This document shows, in pieces, positions 8,849 to 18,089 of a DNA stretch of 32,000 nucleotides (its first letter is position 1; every line of letters starts with the position of its first letter). Both the position numbers and the translations under genes were made by a program. Location of the stretch: positions 36,511-68,510 of the forward strand of contig NZ_JBALDN010000078.1 in NCBI RefSeq assembly GCF_036917375.1, read 5' to 3'. The DNA is from Nostoc sp. GTDB lineage: Bacteria > Cyanobacteriota > Cyanobacteriia > Cyanobacteriales > Nostocaceae. The notes beneath the pieces are model-generated. The model was not told the origin of the DNA. It ran no database searches and saw nothing but the letters and a program-made list of their open reading frames with translations.

Positions 8849-9821
8849 TTCGCAAAATGTGTTTTTTTCAATATCTATCAGCTAGCAAAAAACTGGGGGT
8901 TTACGTGGAGCTTGGAAGTGTCTCACAATCAGAATCTTTCTTGCCATTGGCACCAGTACCTACTGATTAGATTACCAAAAAACTAAAAAATATCGCGAGC
9001 GGCTGATGATCATTTAACTTACATATTTTCAGAGGAGAGGAATTGTGATTAAGTATTAACCAAAAACTATAGGACTAGTATTTTATTTTTAAAATACGCG
9101 TAGTGGCGTGGCAAGGCTTAAATAGTGCATCAAAAATATCTCAAATATTAATATTTGAGAAAATAACTAATTTTATATTGCACATATTTAGGCTTACCAT
9201 GCTATTACCATAATGCTGATTTTTAATCATGGTTGTTATATTAATATTTTTAAGTAATACGATTTTACTAATATTTCAGATAGCTTTAGACCGCAATCTA
9301 GACCTTATCTGATATAAAAGCTGTTTACAGGTAAAACAGCATTAAACTCATTAATTACAGATGAAGATTAATTATTATTAATAATTAAGTGAATGTAGAT
9401 TAATATATTACATACAAGACTTTCTAGATTTTTTCAATTATATTAAAGTAATATACTATGCTTTTACGATAAATTTTTCTTGATTAATTTGTATATAGAT
9501 ATTATACTTAGTATTTATACTTTGCCAAAAAAAATTATTGTATACATTTTAAAATCAGTTTTTGAGTGCTTGATAATTGCATTATAATTTGATTTTGATG
9601 TTAGTAGCATCATATTAGCTATATGAATTAATCAAAATTAGTTTTGATAAACATAGAAATTTCCAGACATTAATAACATGATGTTATTTACTCCTTAGTC
9701 AGTATTAATATCAAGCAAGAATACAGGGTAGTTAGAAATTGTTTATGATAAGATAAGCACTTTTGACTTGAGTAGACACTGACAACAAGAATCTGAACCT
9801 TAGCAAACAGGTTATCGTAAC

Positions 9822-11105
9822 ATGTTCGCCCACAAAATCCTAGTTGTTGAGGATGAAAAAAATCTAACCTCAAATATTAGAAAAACTTTACAAAAATTAG
9901 GTTATCTAGTATCAGAAATAACTGAATCTGGTGAAGAGGTAATAAAAAAGGTAGCAGAAACTCATCCACATTTAGTATTAATTGATATCTGTTTAGCTGG
10001 AGAAATAGATGGTCTCCACGTAGCGGATATTATCCAGAATCAATTCCATGTGCCTGTAGTATATCTAACAGAGTGTTCGGAATATAAAGCATTACATAAA
10101 AATCAGCTAAGTGAGCCTTTTAGTTACATAGCCAAACCATTTCTTGAAAGTGATTTACATTTTGTGATTGAAATGACACTGTACAAACATCAGAGCAAAA
10201 AAACATTATACGAAGAAAAACAGAGGTTGATGACAATTATTAATAGTATGGGTTGTGCAGTGATTGTTACCTATGCAAATGGTTGTATTGAAATGATGAA
10301 TCCCATAGCAGAACTAATCACTGGTTGGAAGCAAAGTGAAGCGTTGGGGAAAGATTTAATAGAAGTCGTTAACTTAGTTAATAAAGATGTAGGAGAAAAA
10401 ATTGAAAATTTAGCCACTTATGTAATCGAAGCAGGTAAAGTTTTCAATTTACCAGAAAACTGTACATTAATTACCAAAGATGGTAAAGAAATAGCGATTG
10501 GGGATAATGTTGCACCTATCCGCGATCGAGATGGCAATATTACTGGCGCGGTTTTAGTTTTTCAAGACATCACTAAACGTAAGCAGACAGAGGCACAACT
10601 GATCCGCAATGCATTTTATGATGGGTTAACAGAATTACCGAATCGTGTTTTATTTTTAGATCGGCTCAGACAAACTATTGAACGTAGCAAACGCAGAAGC
10701 GATTATTATTTTGCAGTTTTATTTTTGGATTTAGATGGCTTCAAAGAGATTAACGATCGCTTTGGGCATGGAATAGGAGATGATTTTTTAGTAGCGATCG
10801 CTAGACGTTTAGAGTCATGCTTACGTAGTGGCGATACTGTAGCACGATTTGGTGGTGATGAGTTTACTGTTCTTTTGGAGGATATTAAAGACATAACCGA
10901 CGCTACCAATGTTGCCAAACGTATTCAAGACTCCTTAAGATTGCCAGTTAACCTGAATGGATATCAATTATCTGCTACGGCTAGCATTGGTATTACTTGG
11001 AATTTTAATAATTATGAGGAGCCTGCAACTCTACTACGGGATGCTGATATTGCGATGTACCAAGCTAAACGCCAGGGAAAAGCTACTTATGCCATATTTA
11101 GTTAA
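9822..11105 (+). CDS. Response regulator (REC)-PAS-GGDEF diguanylate cyclase
   Basis: The REC domain has the acidic pocket (VVEDE), acceptor Asp (LVLIDICL) and AKPF. A PAS region follows. The GGDEF motif 'RFGGDEF' has an RxxD I-site (RSGD) at the canonical spacing. Confidence 0.9.
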   Translation: MFAHKILVVEDEKNLTSNIRKTLQKLGYLVSEITESGEEVIKKVAETHPHLVLIDICLAGEIDGLHVADIIQNQFHVPVVYLTECSEYKALHKNQLSEPFSYIAKPFLESDLHFVIEMTLYKHQSKKTLYEEKQRLMTIINSMGCAVIVTYANGCIEMMNPIAELITGWKQSEALGKDLIEVVNLVNKDVGEKIENLATYVIEAGKVFNLPENCTLITKDGKEIAIGDNVAPIRDRDGNITGAVLVFQDITKRKQTEAQLIRNAFYDGLTELPNRVLFLDRLRQTIERSKRRSDYYFAVLFLDLDGFKEINDRFGHGIGDDFLVAIARRLESCLRSGDTVARFGGDEFTVLLEDIKDITDATNVAKRIQDSLRLPVNLNGYQLSATASIGITWNFNNYEEPATLLRDADIAMYQAKRQGKATYAIFS

Positions 11106-11174
11106 GGATAGAATATGATACTCTAGGCGCTACTTAGGTTATGGTATACAACCGAGAAGCCCTATAATTCTGTC

Positions 11175-11735
11175 ATGGAAAAAACCGAAAAACAGAAAAT
11201 GCTTGCAGGCGAATTATATCTGGCCGAAGATCCAGAATTGGCTGCCGACATGAAGCGAGCTAGTCGTCTGTTGCGAAGATACAATTCTACAACCGAAGAA
11301 CAGCAAGAGCAACGGCAGCAAATTTTGCAAGAATTATTTGGAAAAATTGGTCAAAAAGCAGCAATTGTGCCACCCTTTCACTGTGACTATGGCAGTAATA
11401 TTTTTGCTGGCGACAAATTGTATATGAACTATGGCTGTGTAATTTTAGACTGTAATACAGTTCACATTGGTGAAAATGTTTTATGCGCTCCCTATGTGCA
11501 AATTTATACCGCTTATCATCCTCTAGAGCCAGAAATTCGTCTTTCTGGTAGAGAATTAGCTGCCCCAATTAACATTGGTAATAATGTCTGGATTGGTGGC
11601 AATGCAATTATTTGTCCAGGTGTAACTATTGGTGATAACACAACCATTGGTGCTGGTAGTGTAGTTGTCAAAGATATACCTGAGAATGTTGTCGCTGCTG
11701 GCAATCCCTGCCGTGTCATTCGGTATTTATCCTAG
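11175..11735 (+). CDS. maa: Maltose/galactoside O-acetyltransferase (left-handed beta-helix, hexapeptide repeat)
   Basis: The N-terminal Mac-like segment (KMLAGELYLAEDPELAADMKRASRLLRRYN) is followed by hexapeptide repeats (IGNNVWIGGNAIICPGVTIGDNTTIGAGSVV). Confidence 0.85.
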   Translation: MEKTEKQKMLAGELYLAEDPELAADMKRASRLLRRYNSTTEEQQEQRQQILQELFGKIGQKAAIVPPFHCDYGSNIFAGDKLYMNYGCVILDCNTVHIGENVLCAPYVQIYTAYHPLEPEIRLSGRELAAPINIGNNVWIGGNAIICPGVTIGDNTTIGAGSVVVKDIPENVVAAGNPCRVIRYLS

Positions 11736-11738
11736 AGT

Positions 11739-12119
11739 TTAAAATTTATAACCTCTAGCAATCCAATAGAGCCAGTCTGCGATCGCTTCTTGAGTTTCAC
11801 TGTCAGCATCAATGGCTGCTATTTCAGATAACTTTGCAGAATATACATCATCATCCTTACCATTAATATAAGCCACTTCTACAAACATATCTTTCAAGCA
11901 CTCATCGTCTGGGGCCATTCCCAATACTTCCACTTGTTTCTCCTCGACAGCACCTGATTTGCGTCCCTTCTTCGTCCATGTAGCCAAAAAGGGAAAATTC
12001 AGAGCCTCTTCGAGGTAGTAGTACCAACCCATAGCCCGGTCTTCTTTGTCTTCAGCATCTACAATAATTTCTGTTTTAATGCGATGCTCTCGGTTTTCGT
12101 CGGCTTCAACACTAGGCAT
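11739..12119 (-). CDS. ccbP: CcbP-type acidic calcium-binding protein
   Basis: 126 aa and very acidic. The strings 'REHRI.TEIIVDAEDKE.RAMGWYYYL' and 'VEVLGMAPDDECLKDM...QEAIADWLYW.ARGYKF' match my recollection of Anabaena CcbP, which is also 126 aa. Confidence 0.7.
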   Translation of the reverse strand: MPSVEADENREHRIKTEIIVDAEDKEDRAMGWYYYLEEALNFPFLATWTKKGRKSGAVEEKQVEVLGMAPDDECLKDMFVEVAYINGKDDDVYSAKLSEIAAIDADSETQEAIADWLYWIARGYKF

Positions 12120-12265
12120 AAGATAACACTTTGCGTATAATTCATTTTGATAATACTACCAAAATGTTTCTAAAATCATACTTAAATATATCTATGATGT
12201 CCGCTTAATTACTTATTAACCTCCCATCACCCCACCCTTTAATCGCTTCTTTGCAAACTCTCCAC

Positions 12266-12295
12266 AAAAAACCGCTTGTCAATGACAAGCGGGTT
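12266..12295 (-). terminator. Rho-independent terminator of the DUF1517 gene
   Basis: A 10-bp stem, 'ccgcttgtca'/'tgacaagcgg' (12272-12292), is followed on the minus strand by a T6 run (A-run 12266-12271). It lies 65 nt after the stop codon. Confidence 0.7.
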
Positions 12296-12356
12296 TCTAG
12301 TTATGGTTCTTAAGGGGAACTTATTCGTTGCACTAAGATGCAAAATTTTTCAGAGA

Positions 12357-13352
12357 TTAAACAAGTCTTAAGTCAGGATAATTTGCTAACACATCATCAG
12401 ATGTGAGAGTATCATTTTCAGCTTGAGGAGTCCAAAGAACTTCAATTGCTAGAAGCTTGTCGCTAGGGATACTACCAATTTGCCGCAAAGCTTGACGCAA
12501 ATCATCAGCACTATTAATAGCTGTGGGGATGTCAAACTTACCTAGTGTCGCCGCCAGCAAGGTGACAACAATGTATTCGCCAGGGCCTTCGGTAAATAGA
12601 CGCGTGGGGTTGTCGAGTTCGCCAGCCGGAGGTAAAGCATCTTTGGCAAGGGCTGCTCTTAGCTGGTTGTTGACATTAGAAAGAGTTTCTTCGCTAAACT
12701 TGCTGCGTTCTGCCAGTGACAGTCGATTAAACTGACTTTCGGCTGAATTCAAGCTGGCTTGTTGAGTGCCACCACCTGCATATACAAAGTATTCGGGATG
12801 GCGGAGTAAAGCTAGACTGGCTTCTTGGAGAATTTCTGCTCTGCCTTCGGGAGTATTAGTATCAGCAGTTTCAGCAATGTGGTTGAGTTCATTTTGCAAT
12901 TCACGGGCTTGAGCTAACAAACCTACTTGCAAACGAGTTACAGAAACAGGAGAGTTACTGCTGTAATCTGCTTCTGGTGTTTCACCGCTAGAGACGCGGC
13001 GGAAAGTTTGCAATAAGAAATTAGCGATCGCAAAGAAGATTAAGATGCTAAACAGACCACCAAATCCTCCGCCAATACCCCAGAAGGGAAGTAGGAAGGG
13101 AAAGCCAAAACCACCACCAAAGCCACCACCATAACCACCCCCAGGATAGTATCCGCCTCCGCCAGGAGGTGCATAGGTGCGCGGTGTATAGGTGCGGCTA
13201 GAAGGCGCTCTAAAGGAGCCACCACCGATACGACCCCCACTGCGGGCTGCTAACGCGCCGTCAGCGTGACCAAGAGCCAAAGCTAACACCAAGCTTAGGG
13301 CTAAGAAGGTTTTTAACAGCGGCTTGATGGTTTGTTGTAGTTTTTTACGCAT
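12357..13352 (-). CDS. DUF1517 membrane protein with a Gly-rich N-terminal region
   Basis: A signal or anchor segment is followed by GGGYYPGGGYGGGFGGGFGFPFLLPFWGIGGGFGG, a TM segment, and then the conserved soluble domain typical of cyanobacterial and plastid DUF1517. Confidence 0.7.
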   Translation of the reverse strand: MRKKLQQTIKPLLKTFLALSLVLALALGHADGALAARSGGRIGGGSFRAPSSRTYTPRTYAPPGGGGYYPGGGYGGGFGGGFGFPFLLPFWGIGGGFGGLFSILIFFAIANFLLQTFRRVSSGETPEADYSSNSPVSVTRLQVGLLAQARELQNELNHIAETADTNTPEGRAEILQEASLALLRHPEYFVYAGGGTQQASLNSAESQFNRLSLAERSKFSEETLSNVNNQLRAALAKDALPPAGELDNPTRLFTEGPGEYIVVTLLAATLGKFDIPTAINSADDLRQALRQIGSIPSDKLLAIEVLWTPQAENDTLTSDDVLANYPDLRLV

Positions 13353-14020
13353 AAGACAATCGCTTGAAAAACGAAATTATTATTTATGATTTCTCCCGAT
13401 GGTGGGAGCAGTGTTACAGGATGTTGCTAAGGCTAGCCCGTAACAAGCAAGTTTGTAGCATTCACGTAGCATTGCTTTTTAGAGACTACATATTCAATTT
13501 ACCGCGTCTTATCTTGGGTAAGTAGCGATCGCAGGGGGGATTTCTCGACTGGGGAACCGTACCTGAAGACATGTTTATCCTCACAGAAATTGCGATGTCT
13601 ACGATGGACTACGCCTACGGGCAATGGTTTGCTATGCCTTGGACTAGTTTCAGACTACAGTTTTGAATTATACAGATGATTTTAATTTTTAGTGATTATT
13701 TTGACTAATTTTTTAATCCTTCACTGAATAAGTAGTACTATCGAAATTTTTGTAGCAGCTGTTCACTGAGCAATTTCGCTACAAGTGTTAACTTTGATTT
13801 TTTGTTCATTATGCACAGAAACTCTCAAATAATGATAAATTTGCAACAAAAATAAAATCAACACAATAAAAAAACAATCTTTCTAGCTAATCTTCTAAAA
13901 TAAGCTTCAAATTTGTCTACCAAATTCGTTTTAAAAGAAATAAAATAATAATGATGGCTTTGAAAGTAATTCTAATTGTAGATATTAAAAACTATTTGAA
14001 ATATAGTCATCAACTTTATT

Positions 14021-15253
14021 ATGGAACATATTTCTCAACTAACAGCCGAAATCAGAGATAAAGCTGCATACCCAGATATCCTAGTCATATCCCGGATCTT
14101 TCTGCCGAAAGAAGCTGTAATTGGGGAATATATCTACAATCGTTGTCTGCAAGATCCAGAACGAATAATTGTGCTGGCAGCTAGTTGCTCAGGAGATCGA
14201 GTATTTGACAAGAGTCAACAGTTTCCTGTGTATCGCTGGTATTATCCTAAATATTGGCGTAGTGGCTATATAGGAAATATCCTAAAGCCTTTGGCCAATA
14301 TCGTCTGCTCATTTGTCCTAGCAATTAAACTCTATTTTCGCTATCACTATCGTTACATAGAGTGGGGCCACGGCTATGATTTTCCTTCACTGTTGCTATT
14401 GAGCTATTTGTTACCTATTCGCTTTTTTATCTATCTGCACGGCAACGATCTTCTTTGCACTTTACACAATCCCGTGCTGCGATCGCTATTTAAATTAACA
14501 CTCAAACGCGCCGAAGGCATTGTTTGTAACAGTTCTTATACAAGAGATTACCTGAGAACTGCTTTCCGATTAGATACTCCTACCCACGTCATTAACCCCG
14601 TAATCAGACCAGAAAAATTTGGTAATAATGTAGCCAGTCCCAGTAGCCTGGATGATTTACGGGTTCGCGTGCGTCAGGCATACAACATTCCGGATTCAGC
14701 AATAGTTATTCTCTCCATCGGCAGACTAGTAAAACATAAAGGTTTCGACCGAGTAATTGATAACATCCCAATACTGCTAACTTTTGGGGTCGATGTTCAC
14801 TATATACTTTGCGGTCAAGGGTCAAGTGAATCGGAACTGAAATCTCTGGCGCATCGTTTGCGGGTTGATAAGCGCGTCCACTTTGCTGGATATGTGCCAG
14901 AGCGAGAATTAGCAGGTTATTATGCAGCTTGCGACATATTTGCCATGCTGACTCTATCGGATACTAAACCTAATAATATGGAAGGTTTTGGTATGGCTTA
15001 TTTAGAAGCAAGTTACTTCGGAAAGCCGATAATTGCCCCTCGTTTAGGCGGTGTTCTAGATACAGTTCAGCATGAAGAAAATGGGATACTGGTTAATCCC
15101 AATTCTGGTTATGAAGTTTTTCAAGCTTTCAATCGGTTGTGCAAAGACCAACAACTACGCGAGCAACTCGGTCGTAAAGGTAAAGAATTAGCCAAGCGTA
15201 GAACTCTTCATCGATCGCTTTATAAATCAGATGGGAAAAATGCAATTTTGTGA
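14021..15253 (+). CDS. GT4-family glycosyltransferase (Glycos_transf_1 domain)
   Basis: The C-terminal half has 'EGFGMAYLEASYFGKPIIAPRLGGVLDTVQHEENGILVNP', the EX7E-type retaining GT-B signature. Confidence 0.8.
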   Translation: MEHISQLTAEIRDKAAYPDILVISRIFLPKEAVIGEYIYNRCLQDPERIIVLAASCSGDRVFDKSQQFPVYRWYYPKYWRSGYIGNILKPLANIVCSFVLAIKLYFRYHYRYIEWGHGYDFPSLLLLSYLLPIRFFIYLHGNDLLCTLHNPVLRSLFKLTLKRAEGIVCNSSYTRDYLRTAFRLDTPTHVINPVIRPEKFGNNVASPSSLDDLRVRVRQAYNIPDSAIVILSIGRLVKHKGFDRVIDNIPILLTFGVDVHYILCGQGSSESELKSLAHRLRVDKRVHFAGYVPERELAGYYAACDIFAMLTLSDTKPNNMEGFGMAYLEASYFGKPIIAPRLGGVLDTVQHEENGILVNPNSGYEVFQAFNRLCKDQQLREQLGRKGKELAKRRTLHRSLYKSDGKNAIL

Positions 15254-15414
15254 AATGATTTTATTAACTAAATCGGATTGAATCATAAAATTCAAAAAAT
15301 ACCAAAAAGGGTAATTTACTATAAGTCATATTTCTGCATAACCTTTAACAAATTGCTTCATAAAAGAGCGAGGCTACAGTGTAAAATCTCGCTGGTGATG
15401 CGATAAAATGTGCA

Positions 15415-16326
15415 ATGAAAAATATCTGGTTGAACATAGATCAATTCCTTCGGCGTTACACAAAGCACCGAATGCAATCTTTCGTGTTTACAGTGATTGG
15501 ATGTCTTGCTGTAGTTAATGTGATTACCTTTGGGGCAATGTATGTTGTGGCTCAACCTGCTTCAACTTCATCTGAACGTCCCGCTGTTAAAACGCCAAAT
15601 TTCGGGCGACACTTTCAAGAATTTGGGCGTGAAGGCTCTATCTTGATTTACGACTCAAAAAATAACCGCATCTATGAACACAATCCTCAACGTAATGCAA
15701 CTGCCATCGCACCAGCTTCAACATTCAAAATTTTTAACGCGCTGGTGGCATTAGAAACAGGTGTAGTTCCTGATGATGTGGCAGTTCTCACTTGGGATGG
15801 AATTCACCGAGATATTGATGCCTGGAATCATGATACAAATTTGCGTCAAGCCTTTAAGGATTCAACTGTTTGGTTCTATCAAGTATTGGCACGTAGGGCT
15901 GGATATGAACGGATGCAGCAATTTATTAATAAAGTAGGTTACGGGAACCGTCAGATTGGCACTGTCGCAGACATCGATCGTTTTTGGCTACAACCGCAGT
16001 TATTGCAAATTACACCCAAAGAGCAAATTAAGTTTTTGCAACGGTTATATCAAGGCGATTTGCCTTTCTCGCAACGGACAATAAATCTTGTCAAAGACAT
16101 TATGATACGCGAACAAACTCCAGACTACACACTGCGAGGAAAGACAGGATGGTTAACGAGTACTCAACCAAATGTTGGTTGGTTTGTGGGTTATTTAGAG
16201 CAAAACAAAAACGTCTACTTTTTCGCGACAACCCTTGATATGCAAAAATCGGAAGATGCACCCGCTCGCATTGAGATTACACGACGTAGCCTCAAGGATT
16301 TGGGCTTGCTGGCTCAAATCAACTAA
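15415..16326 (+). CDS. Class D (OXA-like) beta-lactamase with an N-terminal signal or anchor
   Basis: All class D boxes are present in the right order: S-T-F-K (ASTFKIFNAL), S-x-V (DSTVWFYQ), Y-G-N (VGYGNRQIG), the W-containing 'FWLQPQLLQITPKEQIKFLQRLY', and K-T-G (RGKTGW). An alternative start is the ATG at 15472. Confidence 0.8.
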   Translation: MKNIWLNIDQFLRRYTKHRMQSFVFTVIGCLAVVNVITFGAMYVVAQPASTSSERPAVKTPNFGRHFQEFGREGSILIYDSKNNRIYEHNPQRNATAIAPASTFKIFNALVALETGVVPDDVAVLTWDGIHRDIDAWNHDTNLRQAFKDSTVWFYQVLARRAGYERMQQFINKVGYGNRQIGTVADIDRFWLQPQLLQITPKEQIKFLQRLYQGDLPFSQRTINLVKDIMIREQTPDYTLRGKTGWLTSTQPNVGWFVGYLEQNKNVYFFATTLDMQKSEDAPARIEITRRSLKDLGLLAQIN

Positions 16327-16535
16327 CCACCACCGACAATAGTTACCACTTCTAAGCGATCGCCTGGCTGCACTTTTGTTTGCGGCCAAAACTGGCGGTG
16401 TAAAATTTCACCGTTATACTCCACAGCCACCAATCGGGGGTTAAAACCCAACTGTTGGAGTAAATCGGGTAAAGAAGTTTGAAATGAGCAGCTATGGGTT
16501 TCCCCATTTACCTGAATCGTAATCTCATTAGACAT
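16323..16535 (-). CDS. thiS: Thiamine biosynthesis sulfur-carrier protein
   Basis: ~70 aa, ending in ...VVTIVGGG* (C-terminal Gly-Gly), and located downstream of thiE. The start is moved to the ATG at 16533-16535 because the track's N-terminal extension only translates the heptamer repeat. Confidence 0.85.
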   Translation of the reverse strand: MSNEITIQVNGETHSCSFQTSLPDLLQQLGFNPRLVAVEYNGEILHRQFWPQTKVQPGDRLEVVTIVGGG

Positions 16536-16544
16536 AAATGTGTG

Positions 16545-16617
16545 GGGCATTGGGCATTGGGAATAGGGCATTGGAAATTGGGTATTGGTTACTCACTTTA
16601 GACAAATGACAAATGAC
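16545..16617. repeat. Heptamer tandem repeats (STRR-like): GGGCATT-type x6, then GACAAAT x2.4
   Basis: Read directly: 'gggcatt gggcatt gggaata gggcatt ggaaatt gggtatt' at 16545-16586 and 'gacaaatgacaaatgac' at 16601-16617. They fill the thiE-thiS spacer. Confidence 0.85.
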
Positions 16618-16621
16618 TATT

Positions 16622-17737
16622 TTAAAGTGCTGGTTTAATGCGATTGAGTTGAGAGAGCAAATATTGCGTTACTAGGGTAGGCTGTTCGGCTTGCATAAGC
16701 GATCGCACCACCGCTACACGTTCGGCTCCAGCATCGATCGCATCATTGATATTATTCGCATCTATTCCCCCAATCGCAAACCAGGGAATTGAGCAATTTT
16801 TGGCGGCATAGCTGACATATTCTAGCCCTGTTGCTGCCTTACCTACTTTCGTGGGAGTTTCATAAACTGGCCCCACGCCAATATAATCTACACCTTCAGT
16901 AATTGCTGCTTGCATTTCTTCTTTATTTGTGGTGGAAAGACCGATCAGACGTTGCGAACCCAGTAATTGCCGAGCAACAGCAATAGGCATATCTTGTTGT
17001 CCTAGATGCACGCCATCGGCATCGACAGCTAAAGCTACATCCACGCGATCGTTAACAATAAACAAAGCACCGTAGATGTGGCATAACTGCCGTAATTTTC
17101 TCGCTTGTTCTAGACGCAAAGAATCATCGGCAGTTTTGTCGCGGTATTGTAAAAGTGTTAATCCGCCTTTGAGTGCAGCTTCAACAGTGTTCAACAAATT
17201 TTCACTAGGGGAAGTCACAAGATACAAACGCGATCGCCACAACAATTGATGGCGCTGATGACCCATTAAACTACTTTCTAGGGTATAAACCTGATAGCGC
17301 ATCTGCTTACAAGCTTTAGCCATACTTGGTTGGTAAAGCTTGCTGTATTCTTCCAACACCCGTAATGCTTCTTCTATCCGGCAAAAGTTAGCTTGCAAGA
17401 CCGATTTTATACTAGCTCGTTGTTCTTCTTGAGGATGGGTTAACTCAGTCCCAAGATCGCCTGGTGTATCTCGCGCCGCCCGTAATTCTGGGGTATGCCA
17501 CTTAGCTACCTCTTGTCGCAGCCGCTTGCATTCAAGAGCCAACTGGGCATCATTCAACCCAAATCGGCACCATTCCTCGATAATTCGCAAGCCCTCACGA
17601 GCGCGGTCTAAATTGGCATCTAAAATGCGGTAAACAACTTGCTGTGTTTGCTCTTTTTGGCTGTATGGCTCGACCATCACAACAACCCCATTAGTGCTTT
17701 CATCGAAGTGTGAATTATCATAAGTCCTAGTAACCAT
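16622..17737 (-). CDS. thiE: Thiamine-phosphate synthase with the long N-terminal extension typical of cyanobacteria
   Basis: The C-terminal ~210 aa is a ThiE TIM barrel (LYLVTSP...LLQYRDK...FIVNDRVDVALAVDADGVHLGQQD...GLSTT...DYIGVGPVYETPTK...AIGGI). The start is uncertain: M1 or M21. Confidence 0.85.
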   Translation of the reverse strand: MVTRTYDNSHFDESTNGVVVMVEPYSQKEQTQQVVYRILDANLDRAREGLRIIEEWCRFGLNDAQLALECKRLRQEVAKWHTPELRAARDTPGDLGTELTHPQEEQRASIKSVLQANFCRIEEALRVLEEYSKLYQPSMAKACKQMRYQVYTLESSLMGHQRHQLLWRSRLYLVTSPSENLLNTVEAALKGGLTLLQYRDKTADDSLRLEQARKLRQLCHIYGALFIVNDRVDVALAVDADGVHLGQQDMPIAVARQLLGSQRLIGLSTTNKEEMQAAITEGVDYIGVGPVYETPTKVGKAATGLEYVSYAAKNCSIPWFAIGGIDANNINDAIDAGAERVAVVRSLMQAEQPTLVTQYLLSQLNRIKPAL

Positions 17738-17749
17738 AAGTTAATTAAT

Positions 17750-17953
17750 TTGCTTTTTTTTACTAATTTTTGCGGAATCTACGCAAAACAACGTAGTAGT
17801 GAGGGTTACGGTAAATTATCCCATGTTCCTATAGACAGTGATAAGGGTAGTTTGAGGCTACAGTTTCGCACTGAGCTTAGTCAAGTGTTTTACGATAGAC
17901 AACGAGCTTACAAAAGACTGACAAAAGAGAATACACCAGAAAATTCACAATAG
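17750..17953 (+). pseudogene. Possible remnant of the N-terminal (Arm/DUF3596-like) part of a tyrosine integrase
   Basis: The 67-aa ORF 'GSLRLQFR...KRLTKENTPEN' resembles the G.L.L.FR ... TPEN pattern I recall from N-termini of cyanobacterial phage-type integrases. It stops just before a MITE-like element and no catalytic domain follows. Confidence 0.25.
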
Positions 17954-17972
17954 ATATGTAGCACTATCCCGC

Positions 17973-18089
17973 CTCGGAATAAATTCCGAGTCTCATAACG
18001 AAAGTCCTCTAAAAGAGGACTAAACTAAATTTCTTGTTTAGTCCTCTTTTAGAGGACTTTAGCTATCAGCCCGGAACTTTAGTTCTGGG
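17973..18089. mobile_element. MITE-like nested-hairpin intergenic repeat
   Basis: There are three hairpins. The first is 'ctcggaat aa attccgag' (17973-17990). The second is a perfect 25-bp inverted repeat, 'aaagtcctctaaaagaggactaaac' (18001-18025) with 'gtttagtcctcttttagaggacttt' (18036-18060), in which each arm is itself a hairpin. The third is 'cccggaac ttt agttctggg' (18070-18089). There is no coding capacity. Confidence 0.55.

Noticed and set aside
9254-9268. An NtcA-type site (GTA-N8-TAC) in the AT-rich spacer
   Set aside because: 'gtaatacgattttac' has 9 nt, not 8, between GTA and TAC. Other GTA...TAC pairs also have the wrong spacing. In DNA this AT-rich, such near-matches are expected by chance.
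16536-16571. N-terminal extensions given in the ORF track for thiS (also menB to 2740, desC from 26616, TetR to 26511, and the beta-helix gene from 18500)
   Set aside because: The extensions use non-ATG starts or translate repeat or intergenic sequence. In-frame ATGs at positions consistent with the family N-termini, and an RBS for 18509, are available.
17738-17960. A TPP (THI-box) riboswitch upstream of thiE
   Set aside because: I found no CUGAGA core (tctcag on the plus strand) or the conserved ACCUGAUCUGGAUAAUGCC-like segment in the leader. Thiamine riboswitches in cyanobacteria are usually on thiC.
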